DNA of 64,000 nt, taken from positions 2,170,279 to 2,234,278 of the forward strand of contig JAHRHZ010000085.1 in assembly GCA_024137785.1 (NCBI GenBank), written 5' to 3'. The position numbers and the translations under genes are program-made. This document shows positions 62,281 through 64,000 of the stretch, piece by piece; the first letter of the stretch is position 1, and every line of letters begins with the position of its first letter. The DNA comes from Ginglymostoma cirratum. Lineage: Eukaryota. The notes under the pieces are model-generated. The model made no database searches, was not told the origin of the DNA, and worked only from the letters and a program-made list of their open reading frames with translations.

Positions 62281-64000
62281 CAAAGGCTTTTGTAATTTAA
62301 TTCTGCTTTGAAATATACCAGGCCTTATTAAATAATTAACGTAAATCGTGCATTTAGCTGAATGAGTATTTGCCCTGGCTTTTGGATCAATGACTTAATT
62401 GCACAAAAACGCAATGTTCTTATTTCCTGCGGTGGAAGTGCTTTCGGCTTGTGATTTCAAATAAACCTATTAGATTATAACCTGGTGTCATGCGACTTCT
62501 GATTTATTTCTTGCAGGGAGCGGATGGTCGAATTCGATGAAGTTGCTGTCACGCCGGCGAGTGAATGATGTGGATTTGCTGAATTTTGCTGATGTTTCGG
62601 GCAGCCGTGGCACAAAGTTTCCACTTTCCCTGGCGGAGACACCCACTGACATTCATGAAAACGCTGCACTGAATATTTTACTCAGGAATCCATCAAATCC
62701 ATGGACCGCACGTAAGGTTGCTGATCAGTGATTGCTTCAGTCTGCTCCTGCTCTTTAGTGACTAAGCGGACATAAATTGAGATGTGTTCGATTAAAATGT
62801 CAATTGCAATTAAATGATAGTGAATAACATATTGTTTATTCTCTGTTTTGGGGAATTCCTGACAATTAATCTCAGAGACAGTGTTTCTTTCGTGAAGCTT
62901 TAAGACAATGAATTTCTTGTCTGTCAGTTTCACTGCTTTATCCTGATGCCGTCCTTCTCAGTTCTGTGGGAGCTGTAGCCATTCAGGCAAGTAGAGAGAT
63001 TTCAGCAAACTCCTGAATTCTACCGTTTAGAGAGAAGTAATGCACTTCCAAGCAATGAAATGGATCAACTAACAGCGATCGCTTGCCCTGCCTGTGAAAC
63101 CCTCCTGTCCTCCGTCCCCAAATGCTCACTGGGTTTATCTGCGCCACGTTGCCGACAGAGGATTAAGAAGGCAGCCCGAGACAGCTTTCTCAGGGGCATT
63201 TAGGTGTGTCCAATAAATACTGGCCGAGCCAGCAACGTCCACATTCCGTGAAAGCATAACAATAAATGTTATCTTGTCAGTTTCATTTCAAAAGACAACC
63301 AGATATGATGTCGGGAAACAACATAAAGAACCTGGCAGAAAATAAAAAAACAATCACAGGCTATTAATGCCTTGGTTTGTTCATAACATTGTTAAATAAA
63401 ACTTTCTTCATTTTGAATTAGACATGAGAGTAGAACCTGTGAAGTTAATTGTCTGTAATGAGCTCCTGTTCTAATTTTGGGACCGGACATCAAAGTACTG
63501 CGGATACTGGCGATTTGAAACAAAAACAGACATTGCGGGAGAAACTCGGTGGCGAGAAAACAGAGTTAATGTTTCGAGTCCAGTGACCCTTTTTTCTGCG
63601 TTTGGCTGGGACAGGACGGAACTAACACTTATCCACATTGTCAGACAGGTTTTTGTCGGCAGCTGTACAGAAAAAAAAAAAATGGATAAACATGTGTGGG
63701 GTCCTGAAGCCGGGATCTTCAATAATTGAGCTGCTTTCATCAATTCCTAAATTCGAGAAATGCGGTTTTGAGCTGGTCCACTGGTATGTTTTGTGTGCAG
63801 AGCAAACAGCGCCAGCTATTGGGCTGTTTATCATTATGAAATATGAGCACACAAAGCTAAAACTGATCAAACCCGAGACTGTGAAATAAAAGTGTTTGGA
63901 ACTTATTAACAGAAGTATGAAACCTACAGTAGAGGGTAGTTGTATTTCGTGATGTGAGCTGAACTCGAGAATGTTTCCATTTGTTTGTCCGCTCGGCTGA

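Noticed and set aside
1-64000. CRISPR arrays, rRNA or prokaryotic operons
   Set aside because: None seen; the sequence is spliced, retroelement-rich vertebrate DNA.

Overview
Repeat-rich vertebrate DNA, almost certainly from a shark or other elasmobranch (inferred from HE1/V-SINE-type SINEs, CR1 LINEs and Penelope-like elements). The main content is a tandem, minus-strand cluster of a non-rearranging Ig-superfamily receptor gene. One copy is intact and could be assembled by hand from six phase-compatible GT-AG exons: leader 61548-61467, V 61174-60863, C1 60184-59879, TM 49284-49171, cyt1 48731-48688 and terminal 45812-45678. It encodes a 330-aa V-C1-TM protein with an ITIM (LTYATL) and a second tyrosine motif (PLYAAV), i.e. 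a SIRP-like or antigen-receptor-like inhibitory receptor. Four partial or decayed paralogues lie to its left: L-V-C1 at 4168-5852, an orphan C1 at 12792-13064, a divergent C1-TM-cyt1 at 20911-22439 whose TM has an Arg and a short tail (activating-type), and a C1 stub at 25695-25750. The intact gene's C1-TM intron holds an antisense, decayed class III-like endogenous retrovirus (51103-58872), pieces of which were duplicated with the gene. Many short Penelope-derived, often palindromic, inserts carry minimal hammerhead-ribozyme cores, and both 400-N assembly gaps sit inside such hairpins. All calls come from reading and hand-aligning the sequence; no database search was run, and repeat boundaries are approximate.
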